DNA of 64,000 nt, taken from Octopus sinensis. Lineage: Eukaryota. Positions 27,840 through 41,600 of the stretch are shown piece by piece. Each line of letters starts with the position of its first letter. Position 1 is the stretch's first letter. A program made the position numbers and the translations under genes. The DNA is taken from positions 868,001-932,000 of the forward strand of contig NW_021829832.1 of the NCBI RefSeq assembly GCF_006345805.1, read 5' to 3'. The notes beneath the pieces are model-generated. The model ran no database searches, was not told where the DNA came from, and saw only the letters and a program-made list of their open reading frames with translations.

Positions 27840-28184
27840 CTAGTCACTATCTGCGGAAAATTTAGAAGCCGTAGTTTTTTTTTCCTCCATGTTGTGAATA
27901 AACTTACATTTTGGTCCATATGGACAGAACATATTCTCGTGGTAAGCTTTGCACAATTCAGTCTTGTATTTTGGATGAGGCACATAATACCGAAGTTCGC
28001 ATAGTCCATGAGCAAAGCAGCACTTTTCCCCATAGATGCAGTGTCCAGTCAATGAGTATGAGCGACATATTTCAGTTTTGTATTTGGAAATTTCTTCCCT
28101 CAATAAATTGTTAGATACTTGAAAGTTTCTCATGTGCGCGTAAATAGAACTCGTAGTTCTTATATCTTGTCGATAAACGTACAC
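27840..28184 (-). CDS. ZFP36L: ZFP36/TIS11 tandem CCCH zinc-finger RNA-binding protein (start uncertain)
   Basis: [10 protein letters not shown]...C-X5-C-X3-H and HPKYKTELC...[11 protein letters not shown] tandem fingers with conserved spacing. Confidence 0.9.
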   Translation of the reverse strand: MYVYRQDIRTTSSIYAHMRNFQVSNNLLREEISKYKTEICRSYSLTGHCIYGEKCCFAHGLCELRYYVPHPKYKTELCKAYHENMFCPYGPKCKFIHNMEEKKTTASKFSADSD

Positions 28185-29075
28185 TCCTGACTAATACATT
28201 AATAGGCCTTCTATCTAAACATGTGTGAATTGGAAGCAATAAGTGTAAATTATGGAAATATCGAATTAATAATCCATATGATCAATTCAATCCTTTGCCA
28301 TGTTTCTGTAGTTATTTATGCATGTCGTGTTCGTCGGGACACAATCTTCGAATAAAAACACAAATTAAAAATATATTCCTTGTTAGAATACTTATATTGA
28401 TTGAGTGTTTTCACTATACATGTTTTTTATTTTAGACCTAAGCATCGAACCACCGAAGACTACCGACAAAAATTAGCGATAATTCTTCTCATGAAAAAAA
28501 ATTAATTAAATAAATATATGGTTGGTACAAAATTATAGTTGTTGACGTAGGGACTATACGCCAAATGTTTTACAAAAGACTGCTTTCCCTGTTCCCTTGA
28601 GAGTGGCGTGTGATTCCTCCAACGACTTGAGACCAATTAAATGTATGTCAAATTTATACAAGCTGGTTACAAAGTCTTCTATCATTAAAATTACATATGA
28701 TTTTGAAGCATGCAAGTAAATACTTTATCATTGTTGTTCCTTGTGTGTTTTGTATTAGTCTGTTTTTTCAATCTGTAAACAAATCATGAGGGTAAAAATA
28801 TTTATGATAGTAGATAATTAGTAGAGCAAGCATGTTTTTAGGTCTACGTGGTGCCAATAAAATGTGTGAAAAATATTCTGCCTAACTTTTTTCCGTTCAT
28901 CTATTTTCTTTTAAAATGCTAAAACTACTGTTCTCGTCACTATCAATGATGTAAAATATTCTCTTTCCCAATTTCAAACATAAATAAACACAGGGATATA
29001 ATTTATGCCGGGTAATAAATACTCGTATGAAAACATCATAAAAAAGTCAATAAAAAGTTCATTTTATAATAACTA

Positions 29076-29390
29076 CAGTGGCCATAGATGCCCCACTTTT
29101 CAATAAAAGTACCAGTTTTTTAATAATTTCGATTTCATCATGGCTCAAAGATGTTCTATAGAGTTAAAGTCTGGAGATTGGGATGTTTAGTCCAGTATTT
29201 CGTGCTTGTTGTCTTTCCAATATTACGTTACAATGGCGCTATTTTTCATTGCCCGTTATCTTGTTGGAGAATAAATGATTTTAACTCCATTTTTTGTACG
29301 GATTGTAAAAGGTTATTTGCTAAGAAATTAATAAGTGATGCGATTCCCAACACCTTCGTACGCGAAACATTCCTAAATCATTAATCTTCC
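29076..29390 (-). mobile_element. Tc1-like transposase relic with one TA-CAGTG terminus
   Basis: Minus-strand FILQQDN...EILD*TSQSPDFNSIEHL*AMMK (Tc1 DxxPxH...WPSQSPDLNPIE motif); TA|CAGTGG at 29074. Confidence 0.7.
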
Positions 29391-30905
29391 TCCTCTGTAC
29401 TTTACAGTTGACACAATATTGCATTTTAAAACATGTCGATTTTCACGATAAAAAATTTGACGTTTTTAATTATTAAAGACATCAAACATTGACTTGTCCG
29501 ACAAAATGACTGTTTTTCACATGTCATTAGAGATGCTGAGAATTTTTTGCATGTACTCATCTCGATTTAATATTTTTACAGTCAACATTGGTTTACGTTT
29601 TGCAACTCAAGCATTTCATTTCAAAAATTTGAGCAATTGTGAAATATCAATATTGAATTAATCTTCAGAAATAGTGGAAAGAGATACATAGACGGTTGAA
29701 TTCACGATATCTCAGATAACTCATTGGATTGGTCATTTGTCATAGTAAGTAGACGTCCCGAAATTATTTTTCGAGTAGAAATCCCATTTTTCAAATCCAA
29801 TGTTTTATGACAGACACGTCGCTTTCCGGATGATTTTCTTCGTTATACACCTCTACGCTCCTCTGGAGATGGCGATTTTCTGGAGGTTGTCTTTTTATAG
29901 TTTCATTTCAGCATTTTGTAGGTCATTTTGTATGGATAGTGGCACAGTTATACGTTGTGTGCTTCGAAAACAGCTGGTGCTTAGCCATTGTGTGGTTTGC
30001 AAAGGCGGCAGGATCCATTCTTAAGATATGTCCCTATCGACCATTCCCTTTAATGGTCCCCAAGCATTCAAATTGAAATGTAGCGTATAGTGTTGTCGAT
30101 TATCCTCGGATAGCATACTTCCAGTATGGATTTTAGTTGTCGTCTGTGAAAACATTTAGGTTTTGACCTCGTTCAGACCCCTCGTTCCCAAGTTGTATAG
30201 CAGTATACGCAGAAAAAATGCGTAGTATAGTCGCATTTGCACACGTATTGGAATTGGCGTGTATTTTAGCCATTTTGAAGTTAATCTTTTAAGTGCACGG
30301 ATCGAAAACATTTTTCTTAACTTGTAATCATCCCAGTCTCCAAGTAGTGATCTGTTCTTCTATATTTCACATTTGTCAATTGACTTTCTTTTTTGATAAT
30401 TGTGAGGTCGGACTTTGGTTCCTATACTTTTAGAAACCATTTCCCGAATACTCCAGGGACACGATTGAGCGCTTTTTTGATCTCGATTTTTTCCAATAAA
30501 AAGTCTACTTCATCCGCTTAGATCAGTTCTGTGATCGAACTTAAGCAATTTTGCTTTTATGTCATTGATAGCAGTCTTCAGGTGAATAACAAATAGTATT
30601 GGCAATAAGGAGTTGCCTTTTGGGGTACTAATATGTGTTTTGAAAATTAGGTCAACGATTTGAAGAAGGGCGCTTTAACTGAGGACGTAGCCAGGACAAT
30701 AATGCGACTTTAAGAAGTGAGTAGTAAAACTTTCAACTTGATGTCGAAAGTGGGTAGGAAGTGGATTTTGTTGCTATATTCTGTGATGAGAAGGCGTCTA
30801 AAAAAATAACGAAGATTAATTCAGCAAGATATAGTGTAAGTTAAAAGTCCAGTCGAATTATTAAGGAAATTTGTAACTCAGATATAACTTTCAAAAATAT
30901 TAATT

Positions 30906-31628
30906 ATGATGACGTGTTTTTGTTGTTTGTTGTTTTCTCTAATATTTGTTGATTGCTCAAGTTTATAATTGAAAATCAAACTCGTAGATGAACAATTTGT
31001 AAATGTCGGATCTTGTATTAAACTATTGAGTGATCGATATTCTGTTAGACTTCACTCTCATGATCTACGATACGGCTCGGGGAGTGGATTGCAGGTTCAC
31101 TTGATTATTTTTGTATTTGTTCAGTCGGTGACAGGGATAGACTCGGTGACATCGCATAACAGTCATTGGGCCATCAAATCCGACAATCAAATACACGGGT
31201 TGTACATTCAAGTGTTAGTCAAGTGACCACGTTGAGTGCAATTCGGACGTGCAACTAGTCCATACAGACACTGGTCAATATCTCCATTCAGAAGACATTC
31301 CGTCCCCATTTTCAGGCTGTCAGGAAGTGAGTTGTTCCAACCAATCTGGGGACGGAAATGAGTGGGTCGTCGAATGCCCCGGAGAGTTCTGGAATAGAAA
31401 TGACAAAGTGCACTTGCGACATAAATTGACTAACAAGTTTGGATCCTTCTTATATTTTGATATCTTCACGTGTCTGGCAAAAAGTATGGGAACCCACAGG
31501 ATCAATTCGAGATTTGCGCAGTAAAGGAGAGGTGGAAGTCGACGGGGTGGACTGCAATGGAGGGGGTCTACGTCGTCAGCAACAGACCTGGGGGGTCGTG
31601 GAAGGATCGAGCTTATAATGAACTGTGA
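30906..31628 (+). CDS. SDF2L1: Stromal cell-derived factor 2-like MIR-domain ER protein
   Basis: Signal peptide; RLHSHDLRYGSGSGLQ/SVTG; LVHTDTGQYLHS; QEVSC; WTAMEGVYV; C-terminal YNEL* (ER-retention-like). Confidence 0.9.
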
Positions 31629-32449
31629 TATTGCTTTACATTTTTAATTTTGAATGGAACTTAAATGATTTTTGGGTTAGTTTTAGACATCCGGTATTAA
31701 TTCTAAGCCCTCATTTTGTATTCTCTTTGGCAATTTGTTTTTGACATAGTCATTAAAAGTATTATGTCAGTATTGCCAACATGAACGAGTTAACTGTTGC
31801 CCTGGACAGTGCGAGTTACTCAATTATTATTTGGTATATAAACAAGGAGATTGAAAAAATCTGAGTGTTTCCTCACTTGCAGGCAGTTTGACATGGAAGG
31901 GAGTGGAGCCAACCTCGTCGGTGTGTAGGCCGCAAAGACATGTTTGTTAGGCCGAAATGGTTAGGCCGAGACGTTGGGAAATTCCGATTCTCAGCGATTC
32001 CTCCAAAAGGCAAGCAGCTTCTTATATTAATGTAAATAATATTTATTCTTAAGTTTAAATGTAAGTGTAGAAAAACAGAAAAAAGTCACTACTACACGTA
32101 TTTATAACACAGCACTTCTGCGAAGACAGAAACACGTATGTAACTGAGCCTTCACTTGTGGCATCCATGAACAGAGCAAGTTAACTATTTAATTAATTCC
32201 GAGATAGGAGGTCCTTTTAATTTCTCTTTTCTTATAGTTTCTTTGTATTTGAGATAAGTGGAATAGAGGGAGATCACCTCATCAAAAATACGGAGATGGC
32301 TGGGCCTTTTTTCTTATAATAAAAATTACTAATTTATATTAACAGTAAATAATTGAGAGTAGAAACGCTTAAAATTATTTTATATTAAGACAGCCGCTGT
32401 AAAATAAATAAAAAGTCGAGTTCACGTGACTGAAATAATTTCTGTTGCA

Positions 32450-35085
32450 ATGAACAAAACCAAGTAAAATAAAATAAATATCGAGTTATGGCATCATCGA
32501 CACTTTCAAGTCAATTTTTACAGGCGGGCCGATTAAAGCAACGAAGGACGGAAAATCGGTGATGTGCCTATGCGCTGGCTCACTCAAAGTAATATCCATC
32601 TCGACTGGGCGGGAGACCTATTCATTTGCCGAGGTTCACTAAACATCGAATTTGTAGGAAGAAGATCCCATCACTCAATTCAGTCTTTCCTCAGATGAAC
32701 AGGTAGTCTCTCCTAACATTCCCAGTTCATACTGACTGCTCACCAAAGTCTGCTTCTCCGCCATTGGAGTTGGCCAGGGGGGAGAATAAACAAAGTATGG
32801 AAGTCGGGACATTCCTCTGCAATCAGTTGCCTCCATGTCCACTCCTCCACACTTGTGTCCGGGGGGTGTGACCACGTTATTAGACTGTGGGATGTCCAAC
32901 ATTTTTACTGCACTCACACACTGAAAGCACATTCGTCCCCCATCGTGTTAGTACTTGGGCATATTCCAGAACATTTCGAATTATCGACCAACTGCTCTTC
33001 TCTGTCGGGTCAGAGGGGGAAGTGGTTGTCTTCGGCTTGCTGGAAGGAGATCTGAAAGCACGGATCAGTCTCCACACTGCTCCTGTCACTGACTGTACCT
33101 TCCACGGACACTACTTCTGCAGGTATGTCGACTTGTAGTACGCAGTGTGTCCAATGACTCCACCATGTCCTTGTTCGACCTGCACTCACTCACTTTGGAG
33201 AGGTCTCTGGCCACTCACGAGGAAATGCAGGCAGTGCTCTCCACCAAGGATGGGCTGCTCACTTTCGGGTGCTGTGGTAGACTTGGTGAGTCATTCATAG
33301 GGACTGCTGTTTTGTGGGATGTGGAAAGGTCGTCGATCCTGCGCAAGTCGAAGGTAGGTGACTATTCTATCAATTCGGTTGCATTCCTGGGGGAGGAGGG
33401 GATGTATATTGCTACCACTACTCACAATACTCTCCTCATCCTCGATCATTCTCTCCAACTGATCAAACAGGTGCGAGTCTGTATGTCAGTGCAGATTCCC
33501 GGTGACTATGATGGTGTTGTCTCGGTGGCATTTGTGGGGAAGCATTCTCGCAATATTGCAGTGGCAAGTTCCACTCTGAGTGTCCTCCGACTATTTTCTG
33601 TGTTTGGTGGTCATTCGGTCAGTTATACTCATCACACAACTCATCTCCTGGCTGCTCGTCCCTCTCACGACAAACAATTTATAATTTCTGCGTCGAAGGA
33701 TGGAATGGTCGTCGTGTGGAGATTCAACGAGGAGGACGAGTCTTTATCTGTGCACAGTGTGGCCACTGGACATACTTGTGGTGTCAATCTGCTTGATTTT
33801 GCACAGTCTGATTGTCGGTGTAATCGAATAGTGGCGGGTCCTTTATTCTGAGTGCCAGTGGGGAGGATTGTCACGTCAAGATGTGGCCGATGGGGACAAA
33901 AGTATTGACTGCCCGAAGGACTGTCCGGGCTCACGCTAAAATGGTGACTGGGCTGGTTATTTCCCCCAACGACGAACTGTTTGCGACATGTTCCAGAGAC
34001 AAGTTAATTAAGGTTTGCTTGTGTTGAGAAAACTCAGCTTTGGAATATTTCTAACTTTGAATTGGTGTCTCTTTTTCGGGGACACCTCAAAGCTGTAATG
34101 TCCATTGCGTTCTCTCCCTTCGACAAAGTCGTGTTTTGTACTGATTATAGGTCCTGGCGAGTGGCTCTACTGATGGGAGTATTTTCATTTGGTCACTGAC
34201 AAGTCGCACTGTCCTCCTTACTTTGGACGGGCACGACAAATCTATTCTACACATTCAATTCATCAGCAGAGGCACTCAACTCATGACCAGCGGTGGTGAT
34301 GGACTACTCCGTCTGTGGGCAGTCAAGACAAGGGAGTGTATAAGAACATTCGACGACCACAAGGAGAGGGTCTATTCCTTTGATTTTAACGCTGATGAAT
34401 CACGTTTTGTTTCTGCTGGTTCGGACTCGGTCATTCACGTTTGGCGGGATTTGACTGAACAAGACCGCCAACAAGAATACAACGATAGTCAGGTCCTAAA
34501 CACCAAGTCTGCATGTCACTTTATTTAATAGAAAGCAAAAGCTGGATAATTATATCAAAACTGGCCAAGTCGTGGAGGCCTTTCCTTTGACGCTCGAGTT
34601 GGAGAGGCCTCAGTGTCTCCTTCAAATAATTGAGAGTTTTTTTGTTTTTGATTACTTCAGAATTATATAAGGACGGGAATTGTGCAGAAATTCTCAGAGA
34701 ATGTCTCGAGAACTTATCCAGTTCCAATTTGGGTTGTTTTAGCTATTTTCACGCAGATAATTTGCTGGATTACTGTCTCGCTTGGAACAGTAATACGAGG
34801 ACGTGTTTTCATGCACAGCTGGTTTTAGCTGCATTGCTTAATGGAGTGGTACCTGAGGAGTTGATCTCTAAAGCGGGAAATATCCGCTCAGTTGTGGACG
34901 GATTAATTTCATATCAGCAAAGACATTTCCGCAGAGTGTCTAGTTTGGTCGAACAAACGGGCTTTTTGGAGTTTGTTGCTGCTAATTTTGTTGGGTTCAC
35001 TTCCGAAAAGTCTGTGGATAGGGACGATGATGTAAATGTCCAATTTGACTTGTCCGACATGATTAGAAATAGTGCTGCTCAATAA
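32450..35085 (+). CDS. TBL3: Transducin beta-like 3 / UTP13 WD40 SSU-processome protein, multi-exon
   Basis: FKSIFTGGPI, SGGCDHVIRLWD, GHDKSILHIQFISRGTQLMTSGGDGLLRLW; Utp13 C-terminal domain WNSNTRTCFHAQLVL...YQQRHFRRV. Confidence 0.92.
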
Positions 35086-35199
35086 AGTGATTATATTTTC
35101 ACTTGAATATATCAGTTAATCTTATTAATTACGGTCGCAAGCAAATTATCACTTTAGAGACTAATCTACCATTGATTGATTTTGCAGTGCATGCTGTCA

Positions 35200-38100
35200 A
35201 TTGGTGTTGATTTCAGACACCCCGATATAATGCGCATAGTCTTGTTTTGAACTGATTCAAGTCCCACGCTGGAGCTTGTAGATAAGGAGGGAGGCCAGTC
35301 CGGACTTGCGTAACAGTGTCAAGTTGTTTGTGTCGTTGGCCGGAAAGTCGTGAAAATAAAGGTTGAACAAAATTAAAGACAGGAGTGAATCCTGCGGTTT
35401 CCAGTTTAGGAAATCGTGTTGTTTAGAACAATTATCCACGAGGGAGACGTAATCCATGCGACACGATAAGAAGTTTGCAAGCCAGGATTTTAGTTTGAGC
35501 TTAGATTGTTGCGAGAATTTTGTTGGTGAGACTGCATCGAGGGACGCTGTCAAAAGCCTTAGAGATTTCGATGAAAGCTAGGATTGTTCATTTTAGCAGT
35601 CTCTTCTCATTAAAGCCGTCCATAACTAATTGGGAAAACTTTTTTAAGTGAGTAGCTGTTGAGTGCAATGGTTCGAAACCATGTTGGAAGTTGGTAAGTG
35701 ATTGGGTACGCGTAAAAAGATTAGTTTTTCAAGTATTTTAGCTAGCTTGCACAAAAAAAGATTGGGCGGTAGGACCTTGGAATGCCAGGCGGTATTTTTT
35801 GTTTGATCAATGGAATAATACATGATTTCTCCAGAGAAACGGAATTTTGTTTTTTGCAACGGAATTGTTGTAAATAGAGACTATGCCATTAATGATGTTA
35901 GGGCCAAGTCTCTTAAGGTGATAGATTAAAATGTTGTTATGACCCGTTGCGGAGGAGTTTTCGAGTTTTTAATATATTGCGAGACTTTGTCTGCAGAAAA
36001 AGATGGTATAGTTCCCGTGAGTGATAGCTTTTTCAGAAATTTTGCAACCTTTCGATCATTTTTGTTAGATGTTTTGTTACTTAATGATGCGTAATATTTC
36101 AGTAGCGTATTTGGTGTTTGAATGAGAAATATCAGATTCATAGTATTTTGGCTTTTCATACATCAAACCATTCATGTCTTTAGGGGTCTTCCAGATTTTA
36201 GAGCTATTTGATCCGTAGTCGATTGAGACGATAAATTAAGTCCACTTGGAATCTGCGTGCAGATTTATAGCAGCGGTGATTTGTTAGTTAGAGAACCCGA
36301 TAAAGTGCTCTTTTATCTGCTTCAGTTTGTTGCGAGTTTATACGAGGCAGTTTATTTCGTAGCTGTAACTATTGGCGGCTCTGGACGATGCCACTATTGG
36401 CGGCTCCCCAGAGACGATTTTAAGAGACGCTTTGTTGTTGGCACCTGCACTTCTGAGGATTGGATTGGAGATTAACCCCACCAAATCCGAATTAGTCGGT
36501 CTCAACATTCCTGATAAACGCCTTGACGACCTTTCATCGTCCCTCCGCACTGGTCTTGGCCAAGTGCGCGCGACTGACGTAAATGATCTCCGGATCCTTG
36601 GATCCCCCATCCTGCCGACTGCTATTAAGACTGATCTTCTTACCAAACATTCCACGTTAACTATTTTGCTGGACCGCCTCACGTTTTTGGACAGCCACGT
36701 CGGCCTGTTTCTTGCGAGAAACTTTTTCGCCCTGCCTAAATTACTCTACTCCCTCAGAAGTGCACCTTGTTACCTACATGAGGACATTCTCACTGATCTC
36801 GGCGACTCCCTTCGTTCGAAGATCGAATCAATATGCAATGTCGAGTTCGACTCTTTGGGGTGGAGTCAAGCTTCACTCCCCGTACGCCACGGAGGCCTTG
36901 GAATTCGGTGCCCGAATGATGTTGCACTGCCTGCCTACCTGTCGTCACTTTCTTCATGCCAGAAACTCATGGGCACGGTTCTCCCAACCGATTTTGAACA
37001 TTACGTGCCTTCTGAGTTATCATCGGCGGTCGTAAAGTGGCACTCGCTAGGACTGGAAATCCCAGAGGATCAGCATAAGCAATTTGTTTGGGACGAAGTC
37101 CGCCTACAATCCCGAATCCATTCTTTACGTAAATCTCTCGACCAACACCGCTTGGCCTGCTTTGAGACGGCATGTCGCTCTCACAGCGGAGCCTGGCTAA
37201 ATGCCACTCCACTGCCGAGCATTGGGAACCTTCTGGACTGCGAGTCCGTACGCACTGGAATCTGTTTACGTCTCGGTCTTCGCCTATGCGAGCCACATGT
37301 CTGCCGCTGTGGCGCGAAAATCTGTCGCTTTGGATTGCACGCTCTATCGTGCAGACGCAGTGCTGGTCGCATCCCGCGTCACGCCGCTCTTAACGACCTT
37401 ATCAGGAGAGCCCTGGAAGTCGCCGGAATCCCCTCCTTGCTTGAACCCACTGGGATCGATCGGGGGGACGGAAAAAGGCCTGACGGGATAACTGTGTTTC
37501 CTTTCAACAGGGGGAAGCCTCTCACCTGGGATGCCACGTGTGTGGACTCTTTCTCGCCTCAGAACCTGCTGATGTCGGCCTCCGCTCCTGGATCTATTGT
37601 CACAACCGCGGAATGCAAAAAGATGCGGAAGTACTCCTCACTTACGGAGAAGTTCCAATTTCTTCCATTCGCGGTTGAGACTTCCGGTTCCTTGGGCAGT
37701 AAGACAATCAGCTTCGTTCAGGAGATCGGATCCCGCATGTCTGCCATCACAGGCGACGCCCGCGAATCGAGATGGTTTTTCGAGCGGATATCCCTTGCGA
37801 TAGTACGCTCTAATTCTTTCTCGATCGCGTCGGCTTCCCGCACTTGAAGCTTTTAATTAATTAACTTGTAGTTATTGGTTGGTTTTCATTAAAAAAAAAG
37901 TTTAGCTGTAACTTGGACGGGATTTTTTTATTGTTCCTTAAAGATGAATTTTTGGAATTGGAAATGATAAGAGGGTTTAGGTGATCGACTGCTGCATCTG
38001 TCGAGCGAAAGCTGTTGTTGTTGAAATCATTTAGAAAATTTTTTTGAGCTAGACGGTATTCGTCAAAAAACTCTTTTGTAGTTACTGTAACAGCGGCGTT

Positions 38101-38560
38101 GTAGGTCAATGTTAGATATCAGAGCATTCTCGATTTCGATTGGGTTATGGTCAGTGGTCAGGTCATAAACGATCTTCCAGGAGGTGACAGAAGTCAAAAT
38201 TTGAGTATACAATGAAATGTTGGGAAAGAAAATTGCGTTGCTTTTTCTCTACGGGGTTATGGTATGAGATGTATATATTGATCAGTCTCCTGGTTGAACA
38301 CTCTGTAGAGACCGTTATAGCTGTCTACTCAATCACTATGTCATTATCGATTTTCTAGTAGGCTTATGATGTGCAGTTAGTGAATAGGCTTGATTTTCTG
38401 ATAAGGGTTAAAAGGCCGCCGCCATTTAAAAAGTACGGTCTTTCTCGTCGGATGTATGAGTAACCCGGGAAGTCAAGCTGACGGTTTTTGGATGAGAGCT
38501 TTGTTTTTTGCACTAAAGAAATGCTCTTCTTTAACATACAATTCAGTCAGTACTCTTTTT
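35200..38560 (-). mobile_element. Old degraded APE-LINE ORF2 (endonuclease plus RT), split by the CRE insertion
   Basis: LDFPGYSYIRRER...GGGLLTLI and LTTDHNPI (APE) on the right; KILEKLI and ISKAFDSVP (RT) on the left; the halves rejoin at the TAGCTGTAACT duplication. Confidence 0.75.
36371..37902 (+). mobile_element. CRE-clade RLE retrotransposon (subfamily A), 5'-truncated in RT, with an intact 3' ORF
   Basis: 491-aa open frame from LDD through HGGLG, CRCGAK...HALSC...RH and KRPDG...WDATCVD...FAVETSG; A-tail; 11-bp TSD TAGCTGTAACT at 36360-36370 and 37903-37913. Confidence 0.92.
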
Positions 38561-38689
38561 TTATAACATGTGCGCTAGTCGTTGTCTACTCGAATAAATA
38601 TTTTAATTGATTTTTCATTAATTAAACAGTGGTGGATTAGTCAACTTAACATTCGATTTTTATTAATTTTGAATCTGCAATGAGTCACT

Positions 38690-41600
38690 TTACAGAATAC
38701 GCGTTGGTCGTCTTTTTCTTCGCTCTTCTGGACTCTTCTTGAAAGCTTGACCTGTCTTAAGAGACTCGAGTAGTGAATCAACAATTCCTTCTTCTCCTTT
38801 GGATACTAGGAAAATGTCAAATTGGAGAAAGAAATTCCACCGGTAAGTTTAATTTTCTTTTTCTCTTCTTCTGCTTTTTCTTTGGCAATTGCAGCTCTTT
38901 CTTTCTTTTCCTTGGCAGCTTTTTTTTTAAGGTTGTCTTGGATTGCAGTCTAATAATCAATTTTGAAAATCAGGAACAGAGAATTGATCAGTGAAAGTCG
39001 TGATAATCGAAAAGAATTCGTTGCATTTTATGGTTTTTTCCGCAAATGCAAAGTGAATAGTCACGGAGTGATACGTTTTTGTCATTTTCTCAAACATTTT
39101 TTCGAGTAATTCTATTTGCCTTTCCATATCTTGGAGCAGTTTCTTTTTCGTGAAGAAACCATATTCTAACCTCAAACACTGCCACGAATTGGTCTGCTGG
39201 GTCATCCGTCTCATGCCCCGAAACGATTTGAAAAATTTTTTTGTGTTGGTTCTTAAGCATTTCAAGTGATTTAGTTACATCATCCTTGTTTACTGGCAAC
39301 TGTAAATGTAAATTTACCAAGTGAAGCTTTCGAGCAAGAAATCAGCTCAGAAGGAAACTTGGCAGCTTCTGGGCATTTTTTTTCCGTCAACTGAGCAATG
39401 TAGTTAAGAAAGTTAATTGAGTTGTCAGAGGATTTTGTGTCCACCAACTTAACTAGACTCTTGATGTTAAATGCGTAGGTCGCGGAATTCCGCGAATTGG
39501 CATTTAGGATGTTTCCCACTGAAAGAATTAACTGAAAAATGTTTCGTAAATTTTCGCTCCTAACGACTTGTTCAGAAGCATCGGTGACAGTTGCAATCGC
39601 CTACGCAAATATCAGATTCAGAATTACAGTTTTAGTCTCCGCCACTAACTCAGGGTAGAACATACGAATGAGAATGCACTCCAGACGTTTGTTGAATGAT
39701 CGGATTCCTCCGAGCTGAGCAAATTGATTTATAGAGTGCATACCACAGACAAGTATTGCTCGCATTCTTGAAGCTCCTCCATTTTTCCACTCATTTCATT
39801 AAGCATATTTAACTGTTCTGCACTCGGCAAATTCTTGATAAATTGTTCAACAATGTTTTGGGATATTATTGGAGAGTCAACTGCTAAAAACGCGCTTTTT
39901 AATTCTTGAGGAGTTTTTTTTATTTGGCCAAACATAATTGCTGAAATTAAATATTACTGAGGACAACCAAAATTTTGTGCGACTTTTCCATCCAGAACCC
40001 TCAATTCCTTTATTTTTTTTGCAGTTGAAACAGCTGAGGTTGAAGTTTCTAGAACCATCATTCTTGCAAACACTACTTGTAGGAGTTTTGGATGCAAATA
40101 AGCTAACAGTCATTTCAATTATAGCGTCGTCGATGTATTCCTCGTCATTTAGTTTAGTCCACAAAGAGTCTTCATTCAAAACATTTACTTTTAGCTACCA
40201 AATGAATTACTGAGTGACTTTGTCCCAATTTAGTCTTTTTGTAGGAGGTTGTTCTTTAGGGTAGATAGGCTTGGACTTCATTCCAAATGGCAACACTGGC
40301 TGGATTCCCTTTCCTCCAATCTGAGGAGGCGAACTCCCTCCCATCATTGGCGGTGGTGGGGCTACTCCTCCCATCATTGGTGGTGGTGGGACTACTCCTC
40401 CCATTATTGGTGGTGGTGGTGGGACTGCTCCTCCCATCATTGGCGGTGGTGGGGCTACTCCTCCCATCATTGGTGGTGGTGGTGGGACTACTCCTCCCAT
40501 CATTGGTGGTGGTGGTGGGACTGCTCCTCCCATCGTTGGTGGTGGTACTACTCCTCCCATCATTGGTGGTGGTGGTGGGACTGCGCCTCCCATTATTGGT
40601 GGTGGTGGTGATGGGACTACTCCTCCCATCATTGGTGGTGGTGGTGGGACTGCGCCTCCCATTATTGGTGGTGGTGATGGGACTACTCCTCCCATCATTG
40701 GTGGTGGTGGTGATGGGACTGCTCCTCCCATCATTGGTGGTGGTGGTGGTGGGACTGCTCCTCCCATCGTTGGTGGTGGTACTACTCCTCCCATCATTGG
40801 TGGTGGTGGTGGGACTTCTCCCCTCATCGTTGGTGGTGGTACTACTCCTCCCATCATTGGTGGTGGTGGTGGAACTGCTCCTCCTATTAATGAAGAGACT
40901 TTTATACTTGATTCCATCAATTGTGACTGTTCAGGAACCGTTTTCGGGGGTTCAAGTTGTTTCTGTGATAATACCTTAAATATCAGTTAAAACTGAGTTG
41001 CCATTTCTTTTAAACTAGCTTCCAATTTCTCAACTTTAATCTGTAGCAGTGAAACGTTTGTCTCGAACTCTGACTTTGAAGTAAGTGCGGCAGAAAGCTT
41101 ATTTTCATATTCTGTTTTTATTTGAGAAATTTCCTTTGCCGACTCTTCCAATCTGTCTTCAAAGACGGCTAATTGGTTTGAAATAAATGTATGTACAAAG
41201 TATTTCTTCAATATCCATTTCGAATAATTTATAGTCTGGATCGGGATCTAAATTACTTTTCTGGACCACGATCTGACCAACACAACACTCAATTAGTTTG
41301 GTGTACAACTCACTAAACTTACCAACATTGACGTTACTGAATCACTGACTCCTCTTTGACGAATATGAGATGTTGAAAGATGGAAATGAGATTCTTTTCG
41401 GTTCTGGATTCGGGGCGGACGTTTTTAAACGTTTCTAAACACATTTCTAGGGAGCTAAGAGTCCATTAATATCAGAATACTAAAAATCTTTTTTGCACTC
41501 CTCTAGTGAGTTGCTGAAAGCTTTAAAGTCGTTTTCTTTAACTTCGTCGAAAATCTTTACATGGCTTCGAACTTCCTCATCCGGTGAGTCTTTTAGGGAC

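Noticed and set aside
31860-32010. RNase P/MRP or SRP RNA
   Set aside because: The P4 complement and CR-V motifs do not match convincingly.
40325-40885. Repeat array as a CRISPR
   Set aside because: No unique spacers, it is coding, the context is eukaryotic and there are no cas genes.
40249-40979. Long plus-strand ORFs rich in W or L/V
   Set aside because: Antisense shadows of the FH1 tandem repeat; the minus-strand formin explains the region.
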